Shown here piece by piece: positions 23,901 through 35,098 of a DNA stretch of 64,000 bases. Position 1 is the first letter of the stretch. Each line of letters opens with the position of its first letter. A model generated the notes under the pieces. The model made no database searches. It was not told where the DNA came from and worked only from the letters and a program-made list of their open reading frames with translations. The stretch is from NCBI GenBank assembly GCA_964270895.1, contig OZ185446.1, one strand, 5' to 3'. The DNA comes from Podarcis filfolensis (taxonomy: Eukaryota). The position numbers and the translations under genes are program-made.

Positions 23901-26817
23901 ACTTTCTGGAAACAACTGAAGAAGTCTTTTCTTTTCGTTTTCCTGACAGGCTTTCCCAGACTGATAAATGGGTCTTTACCATGAGTGTCCTCTTGTTAGG
24001 ATTCGAGTCTTGTTTTCAACATATTTGTTGCATTTGTGTTTTTAAATTGTGTTTTAATTATTTTACACATAAATCGTCTTGAGACAGTGGATTAATAAAT
24101 TGTTGTAATAATAATAATGACAATAAGGATAAGTGTGCAAGCAGCTACAATTCCCAACTTGAAACCTTCCAGTACTGCCTGCTATTTAATTCTTTTCTTC
24201 ATACTCTTTATGCTTTGTTCAGTCCTATTCTTTTCCAATCCGCTGCTGTTTTACTGCTGTACATTTCCATTTTATGTTTGTACTCCATCTTTTTGTTTTG
24301 TTTATTTTAATTTTTTTCTCTTCTCCCTCCTCCCCTTCTTTTTCCTCTCTCTCTCTTTTCTGATTCACAGGCTTTGCAGTGCATGTTGGTCTCCCTCCAT
24401 TCAGAACTTGACATTCAAAGGTACTTGATGAAAATTGAATCCTCTCAGAGAGTTAGTACTGCACTTTTCTTTTTTCTGCATTCTGCCTTGGATTGAACTT
24501 GCTGTTTTTTTGCTTTGCCTTCCACTCACTGTGTGAAGCTTGCCATCCCAAAGAGTGAAATTGTCCCTGGTTAAATCTGGCCCTTTACCTTTACCTAAAT
24601 CTGGCCCTGCATGTCTTGTTTTCCTGCCTAGATGTGGATTGGGTAGCAAAATGCATGGACACCCATTTCTAACATTAGTTCTAAAGTGACAAATTTCTGT
24701 ATGACAAAGTCTCCGCATATCAAAAGCGTATTGGAAGAGGCATGGAGAAGATGGATCAGCTTCTGCAGCCTTTTTCGAACCACATAATTTCTAGTAACAT
24801 GATCATATTGCACTGGGACTATATTTTTATTGTATTTCCTGTTTCAAATGTAGCAATTTCATATATTCTCTTGTGTCGTATGTATCGGCCTGCACTCGTT
24901 TGTTGCTATGCAGGAAAGTTGCCTAAAGCTGTTGCATTTATATGGTAAGGTCTTTACAGCTTCTTTCAAACATAGGTTTCCTCTGTGCCTAAAAGGCATT
25001 TTCGTCTCCCTGTGTTTTTCAAATTCTATAAAAGCACTTCAATTAGAAAAATCTTATATGTCACAGTAAGCAATTATAATTTTTCAAGGAAAGGTCTGTA
25101 CATGAGTAGCTTTACTACACCCATTAGCTTTTGTAAAGAAATGTCACAAACACATTCTTCTTTCCCGTTGCATTCATTTCAGATGCCCATTGGATATTTG
25201 CGTTCAAGAGACAATGGGAGTGTAATTTGCTCCTTGGATCAGAACAAATTGTCTCAAGGCTCACGTAATAATGTCTTTTAGCATCTATTTATTCTGTTTT
25301 TCTTGTTGCTGTGACTTCAGGAAGTTATTGGGGATATTTTGGGCTTGAACCAGTATATTAAGTTTTATTTTATTTTCATTTCAGCATTACAAAATGCCAG
25401 TGGCTGGCAGAATCCTCCTGCCCCTAGATGAAATGTAGACAGCTCTAATAATAAGTAGTGTGGCAGTGATAATGGAGGACATGACTTCCAGCTTAAACCT
25501 GTTGCAAGATGTAACAATAGTTTGGAGAATGCGGAACAAACAGTATTCCTGATGGACCTGACAGGCTTTGAAAAACTAAAAAGGCTTCTGTCAGGTACAA
25601 GAATGTGAGGGCCCAGGGACGCGTTACAGTGAAATTGTTTTGTTAAGAGCTATCCTCTGGAAGATAAACCTCAGGTTTATGTACCTTTCTGGAGCTGACA
25701 GGCAATTGCCCACCACAACTGTTTTGTCTCTCAGTAGTTCAGTCTGTAGTGAAACATTTGAGGTTCCACTTCTTCAGTTATTGTACTATTCCTCCTCATA
25801 TTGTGCTTCAGGCAAGGCTGGTGCATCTGGGACCCCCTCATCTTTTCAAAGGCCCAGTTTCCATGTCATGGCCAGATCATAAAATAGGCTTAGGGGACAT
25901 ACTGCAGGCTTATATGCCTCCCCCTTTCTACTTCCCTCACACATTTCAATTATCTCCTCTACTGCCTTGTTCTCAGAAACCATAATTTGCAGCGACTTCT
26001 GAATCAGGCAATGTGTGCTGATCAGTAACTGTAGTCAGCCTTGGAATCAGAAGCCCACTTCCAACCATAGTCTCTTATTCTGATTGTGGGAGGTAAACTA
26101 TAGTTTGCAATAACAGCAGAATGCCCAGTGTGGACATTGAGGCAAATTATGGTCACCAAGAATAGTTACCAATAACCAACATTTGCCTGATTAAGATCCC
26201 ATAGTAACCTTGAAAAGGGAAGGAATTAGGGTGTGGTGATGCACACAATCCTATAGCAGGCACCTTGCAGCCAAACTCATGACCTGATTGTGACATCTCA
26301 ACAAGTCAGTGAATTTGGTTGGGGGCGAAAAATAAATCCAAACTAGATCTATCAGATTGGTACAAACATCCTTTTCCTTTTAGTCTCCTCAAAAGAGTGG
26401 AGTTAATTTTTACTAGCAGCTGAAAACGTGAACTATCTTAGGAAGCTTCTACACAATTAAAAAAGGGAGCAGGAACAAGTGACCTACATATTTCATGTTA
26501 ATTTCTTTACAGTCCTTAGAAGAGAGCATATTTTTGGCTGATCATATCAGCAGGAAGCAATGCGGCTGATCAACATTAGAGGGAAGTAGTCAAGGTTGCT
26601 TGGAAATTCTGCAGATTTCATTTTTTTAAAAAAATTCCTTCCCTAAGAATGCAAACCACATAGTCACTGATCCAGCTAAAATCACTCAAGCTGCAATCTG
26701 CTGAATACTAACTTGAGAGTGAACCCCACTAATAAGGGTAGGGCTTGCCCCTGAATATACATCCATAGGATCACACTGCATGGCCCATTAAAACCAGCAG
26801 GGCAAGTTATGCTATTA

Positions 26818-27043
26818 CAGTGGTACCTCGGGTTATAGACGCTTCAGGTTACAGACTCCGGTAACCCAGAAATCATACCTCGGGTTAAGAACTTTGCTTC
26901 AGGATGAGAATAGAAATCGTGCTCTGGCGATGCGGCGGCAGCGGGAGGCCCCATTAGCTAAAGTGGTACCTCAGGTTAAGAACAGTTTCAGGTTAAGAAC
27001 GGACCTCCAGAACGAATTAAGTTCTTAACCCGAGGTACCACTG
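26818..27043 (+). mobile_element. Tigger-like MITE, family A
   Basis: Same TIRs, TA target-site duplication. Confidence 0.92.
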
Positions 27044-28070
27044 TACTAATTTAAGACTAATTTAAGCCCCATGGCTTTTAATGGGATTTTGGCTGCAATT
27101 CTACGCAAGCTGATTATTTAGGGGAAAATTCTGTTGGAATATCAGAGTTAGAGAAACTCGCCAACTCTTGAAAATCCAAAAAGATGGAGGCTCCTCCACT
27201 GTAACCTCAAAGCTCCCATGCTGTAGCTGATTGCTTCTATGTCCATAATAAAAGCTACAATAGAAGAATTGTGGAAACTGTTTGCAGCCTAATTAGATTT
27301 TTGCATTTAGAGCAGATTAATAAGCATATTGTTGCACACTACCCCTATCTTTGAGCAGTGCGAGATTCTGGGGGTTCCAGGTGCTTATCTAGGGCTCAAT
27401 TTTCCTTTTGGGAATGAGTCACAGCAGAGACTGTGGTGTCTTTATGATATAAGGTTTATTTACACATATATGCAACCTGAGCCTTTGATGGAGGGGCTCA
27501 CAGCATCAACACCAAAAGAGGGTCTAGCTTCTCCCATAGCCACAGCCTTGGATTCTAGCAGAAATCAGGCCTGGCACTCTCTCTGCCTTTCCATCCTGCC
27601 ACTGTTGCATCCAGATTCTAGCTCACATCACTCAACTCTCCCTTTTGTCTTCCTAACTAACAGGCAGCCTCAACTCTCAACACTATGTTAACTGCAAAAA
27701 CAGTTGGATGCTTTGCGTTGCCCAGACCTAAATACACCTGGGCATGTTCATAGTGGAGCATTTCCAGTCTTTCCACGAAATGTGGCTCCTGTGTGAGGAC
27801 TAGAGGCTTGTGATAACAGTTGAGGAAGCCACGGCAACTAACCAGGGATAAGGCGTCCTGCAATTGTAATGTAGCTAGGGCTTGGGTAGAAACATCCATC
27901 TGTTTTGTGTGTTCTGAGTTGGGATCTCCTCCACAGCTTGCGCTGCTTTGTGTGTTTTGATTTAGGCATCCTCCTTGCATGGGGAATATTTCCATCCAAT
28001 CTGTGGATAGAGGCAAACAGATAAAAACCTCCCCTCCCCATGCACTGGCTTCACCGTCAGAATCCATGTA

Positions 28071-28296
28071 CAGTGGTACCTCGGGTTACATACGCTTCAG
28101 GTTACAGACTCCTCTAACCCAGAAATAGTGCTTCAGGTTAAGAACTTGGCTTCAGGATGAGAACAAAAATTGTTCTCCGGCGGAGCGGCAGCAGCAGAAG
28201 GCCCCATTAGCTAAAGTGATGCTTCAGGTTAAGAACAGTTTCAGGTTAAGTACGGACCTCCAGAACGAATTAAGTACTTAACCTGAGGTACCACTG
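28071..28296 (+). mobile_element. Tigger-like MITE, family A
   Basis: Same TIRs, TA target-site duplication. Confidence 0.92.
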
Positions 28297-29137
28297 TAGT
28301 TTTATCTTTGCTTTACACATAAATTTCAACACTGCTACATTTAAAAAACAACAACAAATCTCCTCAAAGTGGAGGACATAACAAAATCGACTTAACATAA
28401 CAAAACCAAATTAATTTGAATTTATTTTCACTCTGAAAGGCCATAGCTCGATGGCAGGCAGAGAATGTGATCTGCATGCAGAAGGTCCCAAGTTCAATTA
28501 CTGGCATCTCCAGGTACCGCTGGGAGAGAACCCTTCCAGAAACCTTGGAGAGACACAGTTCAGTTAAAGTTTATTAATAGTCCACAGACCTTCAAATTCC
28601 TGAAAAAGCAAATATTTGATTTCAGGCAAAGAAGGTAGTGGTGAATGGGAGAGGAACACAAAAATGCAGGCATGCCCTTTATCAATACTTTTTTTAAAAA
28701 AAAGTTTAAAAGTTAAAACAATATGAAAGCGAACTAGTACTTATTAACCATTCTGTAAAAATTATCTGAATGCCTTGGAACACTCAGAAGCAAGCAAAGT
28801 CCTGTTGCATACAGTGGGGCTGTCTTGGAGTAAGGATTGCAGTCTTGGTCCTGTTTCTAAAAGTAGCAGATTTCTCCCTCTCTCTTTCTGGCTACTTTCA
28901 CACCGTACATTTAAATCACTATGATGGGGATTGCTTCTACATCAGCCAAATGAGCAAACTGAAGGTAGCAAACCTTACTGATCTATGGAAAGGGCTGCAG
29001 CATTTTTTATTATTATTTTGCATACAAAAAAAAAAAAAAGGTCCCAGGCTCAGTCATCATCATCATCATCAAACCTTTATTGGCATCACTTACAAACATT
29101 CAGAATAAATAGGCCAATGTGATCTTGTCGCCATTTC

Positions 29138-31235
29138 TTTTTTTTTTTTTTAATTATATTTTTATTCATTTTCCAAAACAATAATACAAATTGTACAAAT
29201 TTCCATACATTTGATTCCTTTTTGACTTCCTTCAACTTCTCTGATAATCATCCGTATTTACATCTCAGATACGCATTTCTCTGTTTATATTGCCATTAAT
29301 CTTCCCTCCCTCCTCTATTGCTTTTTAACAATATATCTCAACTTTTACAGTGCTTCTTGAAACCCCGCCAGCGTTGTTTGCACATCACATATTCTTTTCA
29401 GATATTCAACAAATTTCCCCCAATCCTCGATAAATTTTTGGTCTTTAAGGTATCTAATTTTTCCAGTTAATCTGTCCAATTCTGAATAGTCTGTCAACTT
29501 CAGTCTCCATTCTTCTAACGTCGGAATTTCTTCTTGTTTCCATTTCTGGGCCAGTAGGGTTCTTGCTGCTGTGACCGCATATTGAAAAAGTTTACAGTCT
29601 TTCCTTCTTATTTCATTCCCTATAATTCCTAAAAGAAAGGTCTCTGGTTTTTTAACAAATGTATGTTTTAACATCTTTTTGATTTCGTTGTAAATCATCT
29701 CCCAAAAACCCTTCACTTTCCTACATTCCCACCACATGTGGTAAAACGTGCCTTCTTTTTCTTTGCACTTCCAACACTTATTGCACGTCTTATACATTCT
29801 TGCGAGTTTTACCGGAGTGATGTACCATCTGTAAAACATTTTCATTACGTTTTCTTTTAGTACTGTACATGCGGTAAATTTTAAGTTCTGATTCCACAAT
29901 TTTTCCCAATCCTCAAACTGTATATTATACCCAATATCCCTGGCCCATTGTACCATCACTGATTTGACTTCTTCATCTTTCAAATTCCATTCTAACAAAA
30001 TTTTATACATTTTCGATAAAATTTTTCGCTCATTATTTATCACCTCTATTTGAAATCTTGAATCTTTTTCTGCATAGCCCCTTTCTTTGACTTCTTTTTT
30101 AAACATCTCGTTAACTTGAAAATAATGCAACCAATCATTAACATATTCTTTAACTTGTTCATATGGCCTTAATTTCCATTTTCCTCCTTCCTTAATTATC
30201 AATTCACCATATGTAATCCAATTACATCTCATATTTATTTTCTTTACAGTCATTACCTCTAGTGGTGACAACCAATGTGGAACTTTTGGCTCTAACAGAT
30301 TTTTGTACCTGTCCCATATTTCCAATAATGAACCCCTAAATATGTGATTCCCAAAACCTTTATGAATTTTCCTCTTTTCACACCATAAGTACGCGTGCCA
30401 CCCGAATCTGTTGTCAAAGCCTTCTAAATCTAATAGCTGACTGTTCTCTAATTTTATCCATTCTCTCAACCAGCAAAGACCTGCTGCTTTGTAATACAAT
30501 TTCAGATCCGGCAGGGCAAAACCGCCTCTCTCCTTTGCATCCGTTAACAGCTTATATTTGATTCGCGGCTTCTTGCCCTGCCAGATATATCTTGAAAGCA
30601 CTCTTTGCCACTCACTAAAAATTGTTACCCCCTTTAATATGGGGATAGTTTGGAACAGAAACAGCATCTTCGGGAGAACACTCATCTTTATCGTGGAAAT
30701 TCTTCCCCAAAAGGATAATTTCATTCTCCTCCACACATCAAGGTCTTTCCTTATTCCATTCCAGACAGGTATATAGTTATTCTGATACAAATCAATATTT
30801 TTAGGGGTTAGCCAAATTCCTAAATATTTAACCTTTTTTGTCACCTCTATCTCTGTACTTTGTTGCATTATTTCTATCATACCTTGATCCATATTTTTTG
30901 TAATTATTTTTGTTTTCTTCTTATTTAGTCTAAACCCTGCCAAATTGCCAAACTTCTCCATCTCATTCAAAACCTCTTTCACGCTTTCTAATGGTTCTTC
31001 AGTTGTAATTACCAGATCATCTGCAAAGGCCTTGACTTTGTATTCATTCTGACCAACTGTTATCCCTTTTATTAATTTATTTTGTCTTATTGAACTCAGG
31101 AAAACCTCCAGGACCATTATAAATAGTAGTGGAGAGAGTGGACATCCCTGTCTAGTACCTTTTGTTATTTTTATATCTTCTGTAGTTACATTATTTATAA
31201 TTAACTTTGCTTTCTGCTCTGTATAGATTGCCTTT
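29138..31235 (-). mobile_element. 5'-truncated LINE-1-clade element (about 2.1 kb), antisense to KIAA1217
   Basis: 16-bp TSD atcttgtcgccatttc at 29122-29137 and 31236-31251. Poly(A) tail (T-tract from 29138), AATAAA at 29161-29166 on the minus strand, and a 3' UTR of about 200 bp. Confidence 0.95.
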
Positions 31236-31240
31236 ATCTT
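29345..31240 (-). pseudogene. L1 ORF2 remnant: C-terminal part of the RT domain plus the C-terminal Cys-rich motif, uninterrupted frame
   Basis: The 590-aa ORF extends upstream without a stop by 41 codons, including GTRQGCPLSPLLF. Also has FADD (catalytic), KYLGIWL and CWKCKEKEGTFYHMWWEC. Endonuclease and RT N-terminus are missing. Confidence 0.93.
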
Positions 31241-31406
31241 GTCGCCATTTCAACAGTACAGTCATTTGCCAAAGGGAAGAAGAGGTGAGCAATCTATTTC
31301 ACCTCTGTGGGACTCCAGCAAGGGCAGGGTCCTGTAGCGTACTTTGGCGGCAGAAAATCAAATAGAGGGACTTGGCTACTGTCTTGGTGAGCTCCTGGTC
31401 TCTCCC

Positions 31407-31647
31407 TGTTAGTTGTGGGTGAACATATCAGACAACACAGCGATTCTTCAAACAGCTCTTGTTTATTCAGAGGCCAGAACAGAACTGAAGGGCTCAGTCA
31501 GCCTGCTTATATAGAGCTCTAGTACAACGTTACTGTAGCAACTTTCTAAAACTATCCAATCACTGAACGTCACTTTCGATCCTTCATTTGCATAACTATC
31601 TACAGTATCCCCCTGCTGGCCCAGGGTGAGAACTTCAGTACATAACA
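31407..31647 (-). mobile_element. Solo LTR (241 bp)
   Basis: TG...CA ends (tgttag...cataaca) with a 5-bp TSD ctccc at 31402-31406 and 31648-31652. On the minus strand a TATA-like tatataag (about 31510) precedes AATAAA (about 31466). ccaat at 31556-31560 and octamer atttgcat at about 31587. Confidence 0.85.
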
Positions 31648-34600
31648 CTCCCCTGTAATAAGAAGCGCATAACCTCTGTCTCTGGTTTCCATGTTGGGAT
31701 ACATAGGTGGTCTAAGAATTGTTGGCGGAGATCAGCAGGCTCAGTCTCTGGCATATTCAGGTAGGAAGATAGGTAGGTAGCAAGTCCTCACTGAGACTCT
31801 GGAGAGCCACTGCCTGTCTAGTGTGGATTATACTGAGCTAGATATGCCAGTGGCCTAACTCAGCAGCTTGCAATGTAACAGCAGAATGATTCCTGCTGTG
31901 TTTCGCGTTCTATTGCACAATCCCCTCTCCCCTCTTCCTTTCTTCAGCCTTCATTAGCACAGTCGACTGAGTATTTTCTGTGGAATGATATCTCCTCACC
32001 CCACCCCCCTCTAAAACCGATGTCCATTGAATACTTCACAATATTGGCTTCTCTTCCCCCACCTCCCACCTCCAACCCTCAATAATGAAATCATAATACA
32101 CAAGAAAAAATGAGTTATAATACACCCAGCTGCTGAGTGTTTGGATTTTCTTTCTGCAGCCCTGAATCCATTTCTGTTTTCACAGGTGAAAATGCTCAAG
32201 ATTGTTGTGAGGGTAGTGGGTGTGTGTGTATGTACAGAGAGAGAATTTTTTTTCTTCATAGAAAGAAGTTAGTCTCATATGCATGTGGTATTGACTTTCT
32301 TTCTGAAAGCAGAACTAAGGAAAACTATTATAGATCCTGTATGTGGAAGAAGGACTTCTACATTGCAAAGACCCCTGTGGGTTTCAGTGTGTCCCTCTGT
32401 GCTTTGTGCACGTATATTATTATTATTATTATTATTAGTCACTTTTCTCACAAAGTGACCCAAAGCAACTAACATTAACAACAATGAAGAACAACAACAA
32501 ATGTTCCCAGTTTGCCTGTGCTTCTGAAATTGTGGTGCCCAAAGCAGACTTTGTACTCTCAGTGAGATCTGGCCAAAGTAGAATAGAGCAATTCCATTAC
32601 TTCTTGTGATCTGTATGATATACATATTAGCAATAAAAAAGTATATTTCCACTGGCATAAAATTGTATATACATATTCCAAAATGCAGTCTGTGCCACCA
32701 GGAATGGCGTAATATATAATATAATATAAATGAGCAATACATCAGACAGAAGTTATGAGAGTGACAAAATAGAAGGAAGGGAATGAAAGAAGATGAATGG
32801 CCGACATTATTAAAAATCATACCATAATTTAGTCAACGTCCTAGAGACTTCGTCTTAAATATCTCATTATACTGTATATTATAAGTAACCCTTGAGTTGC
32901 TTATCCTCTCTTTCCAACCCCCTTTTGCAAAATTTGCAAAAGAAATCAATGTATTACTCAGTATCAGGAAACAAGTTTTCCTCCCTAATGGGTGTGTCTG
33001 TATGGATTGATATAGTATTTTATACAACACTTGTATTAAGGAGGCATGAATGCCCTCATGCTCACCCTTACAGAACTGAGATTTTGCTTGTGTAAAGACA
33101 CATTCTAAGTCAGTGTTCCCCTGACCACTAGTCCTCCTAGTTATGGATGATGGGAGTTGTAGTCCAACAACAGCTGGAGACCCAAGTTTGGGAAAGCCTG
33201 TTCAAAGTGATGGCACTTAAGAAGCATCACTTCATGGCGGCCTTCTCTGCCTCTCCACCTCATCCTTGCCGTAAGGTGCAGAAACTTACCTTTGGGCTAG
33301 CAAATGATAACACAAGAGGGGTAGCTGTGGGTGCTTACAGCTCCTAGGAAAGTGTTTTTCACCACTGCAAACCAGCATCCTTGATGGGAAAAGTATGGTG
33401 CACATGTTCTTCCTGCCAAGGAGAAGGTCCCAGGAGCAGAGGTATAATGGTCTAGGGTTGTGGCTGGCCATCAAGTCAAATATTCAGAGTCCCTGTCTCT
33501 AGTGTCCTAGAGCTGCCTAGTCAATATGAAAGAGGAGCTTTTTAGTCACTGATAAGCCTTCCCATCCTTTGTGCTTCTTGGAGCCAATCAGAGTGAAAGG
33601 AGGAGAGCCGGCCACTGAGGATTGGCTCCTAGGGTCACTCTGGAGAAGGCACACAGGAAGAACATACAGTCAGTTCTAAGCCAGAATGTAACATGTAATT
33701 TGGCCTAAGGTTCCATGTCTGCAAAGCAGATAAAATTCATGAGTGGCGTCTTTCTCAATTAATGCATGGTAAGCTGCTTAGCAGTTGAATGAACAATGCT
33801 GCCCAGTGTGGTTTGTTAGCCGTTATGAAGCTGACAGGAATCCAGAAGGGAATCTGATACAATTTTGCTCAAAAGGTAGAACCTAATTGTACCCAGTGGA
33901 TGCTAGCAAAATGGCCAGATACTACCTAACATCCAGCTTGTTGTAAGGACAGCTAAACTGTGTGTGGGGGGGGAATACATTGCCAAATAATTAATTGTAA
34001 AACATCAAATACTTATAGATGTGTTTGCCTGAAAATTCTGGGAGGAATTCTGTTTCACCTCATGAATTTCAACTGAGAGACAATTAGGAAATTTGGCAGA
34101 AGACTGATTATAGAGATCATCACACCAGTTTTGTTCTTAGGCATTTCCAAGTGTCTAACATTCCAGGGGATCCATGATCTAGCCTCTTATTTTTAGTTTT
34201 AGTTTTAAAAGCAACCATGTGAGGAATATAATTCAGACAGGAGTAAATGCACTAAGGAATATGATTTTTATTTTACACCTTTCCCCCTAGAGCTATCTTC
34301 CTTATCTAAATTGCTTGCTCCCATGCTGGTATTCATTCAGCCCTGCAGCAGAAAAAAACACAGGTATCCATATCATGCTTATAGATAGATTTTACTGGGC
34401 TGTTCTATGTCTACGCAGAATACTACTACTGAATTCCATGGGTAAGTGGGCTGGGATTGCATCCAAAGATATATTTCCCAACCCAGGGCTAATCATAGCT
34501 TCACTAATGAGCTCACTGAAAGTTAAGGAGAGACTTAGATTGGGAAAACGATGCAGGGGGCGGGGTTAGCCCTTATCTTGTTCCCTGATCACAACATTAT

Positions 34601-34720
34601 TCATTTAACACCAGAACTGCTTCAAAAGTGGGTATTGGGGATCAGATCAGAGGTCTCCCACATCTGATGACTGACTTTAGAAATAATATGATACACCAGT
34701 CCTGGGTGCTGTTGCAGTCA

Positions 34721-35098
34721 ACAGAAGCTGGGACAGAGCAGTGGGAGCTCACCACCGTCGCAAGACTTTAACCGCTGACCTTCCGATCGGCAAACTCAAG
34801 AGGCTCAGTGGTTTAGACCACAACACCACCTGTATCCAGTTCGAAAGCACACCAGTGCAAGTAGATAAATAGGTATCGCTGTGGCGTGAAGATAAAGCAG
34901 CATTTTTGTGTGCTCTGACACCCGTCACGGTGTTCCGTTGCACCAGTAGCTGTTTAGTCATGCTGGCCACATGACCCAGAAAACTGTCTGTTGACAAATG
35001 CCGGCTCCCTTGGCCTGAAGCAAGATGAACGCCGCATCCCATAGTTGCCTTTGACTGGACTTAACTGTCCAAGGATCCTTTACCTTTTTTTTTTAACC
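34721..35098 (+). mobile_element. Sauria SINE with inverted 5' segment (34722-34837 antisense, 34838-35098 sense)
   Basis: The reverse complement of 34722-34837 gives the SINE head (ggtggtgttgtggtctaaaccactgagcc...gagctcccactgctctgtcccagc). The sense part starts at agttcgaaagcac and ends in cctttacctttt. 14-bp TSD tgctgttgcagtca at 34707-34720 and 35099-35112. Confidence 0.9.

Noticed and set aside
26140-26165. attatggtcaccaag resembling the IMGHQE codons of the upstream KIAA1217 exon
   Set aside because: The frame and flanks do not continue the protein and there are no splice sites. The upstream exon appears to lie outside the window, and so does the next downstream exon (MQRE...).
27352-27690. 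Possible older solo LTR on the minus strand
   Set aside because: It has an AATAAA-like signal and a CA-like end, but I could not find a matching TSD. A repeat-library search is needed.
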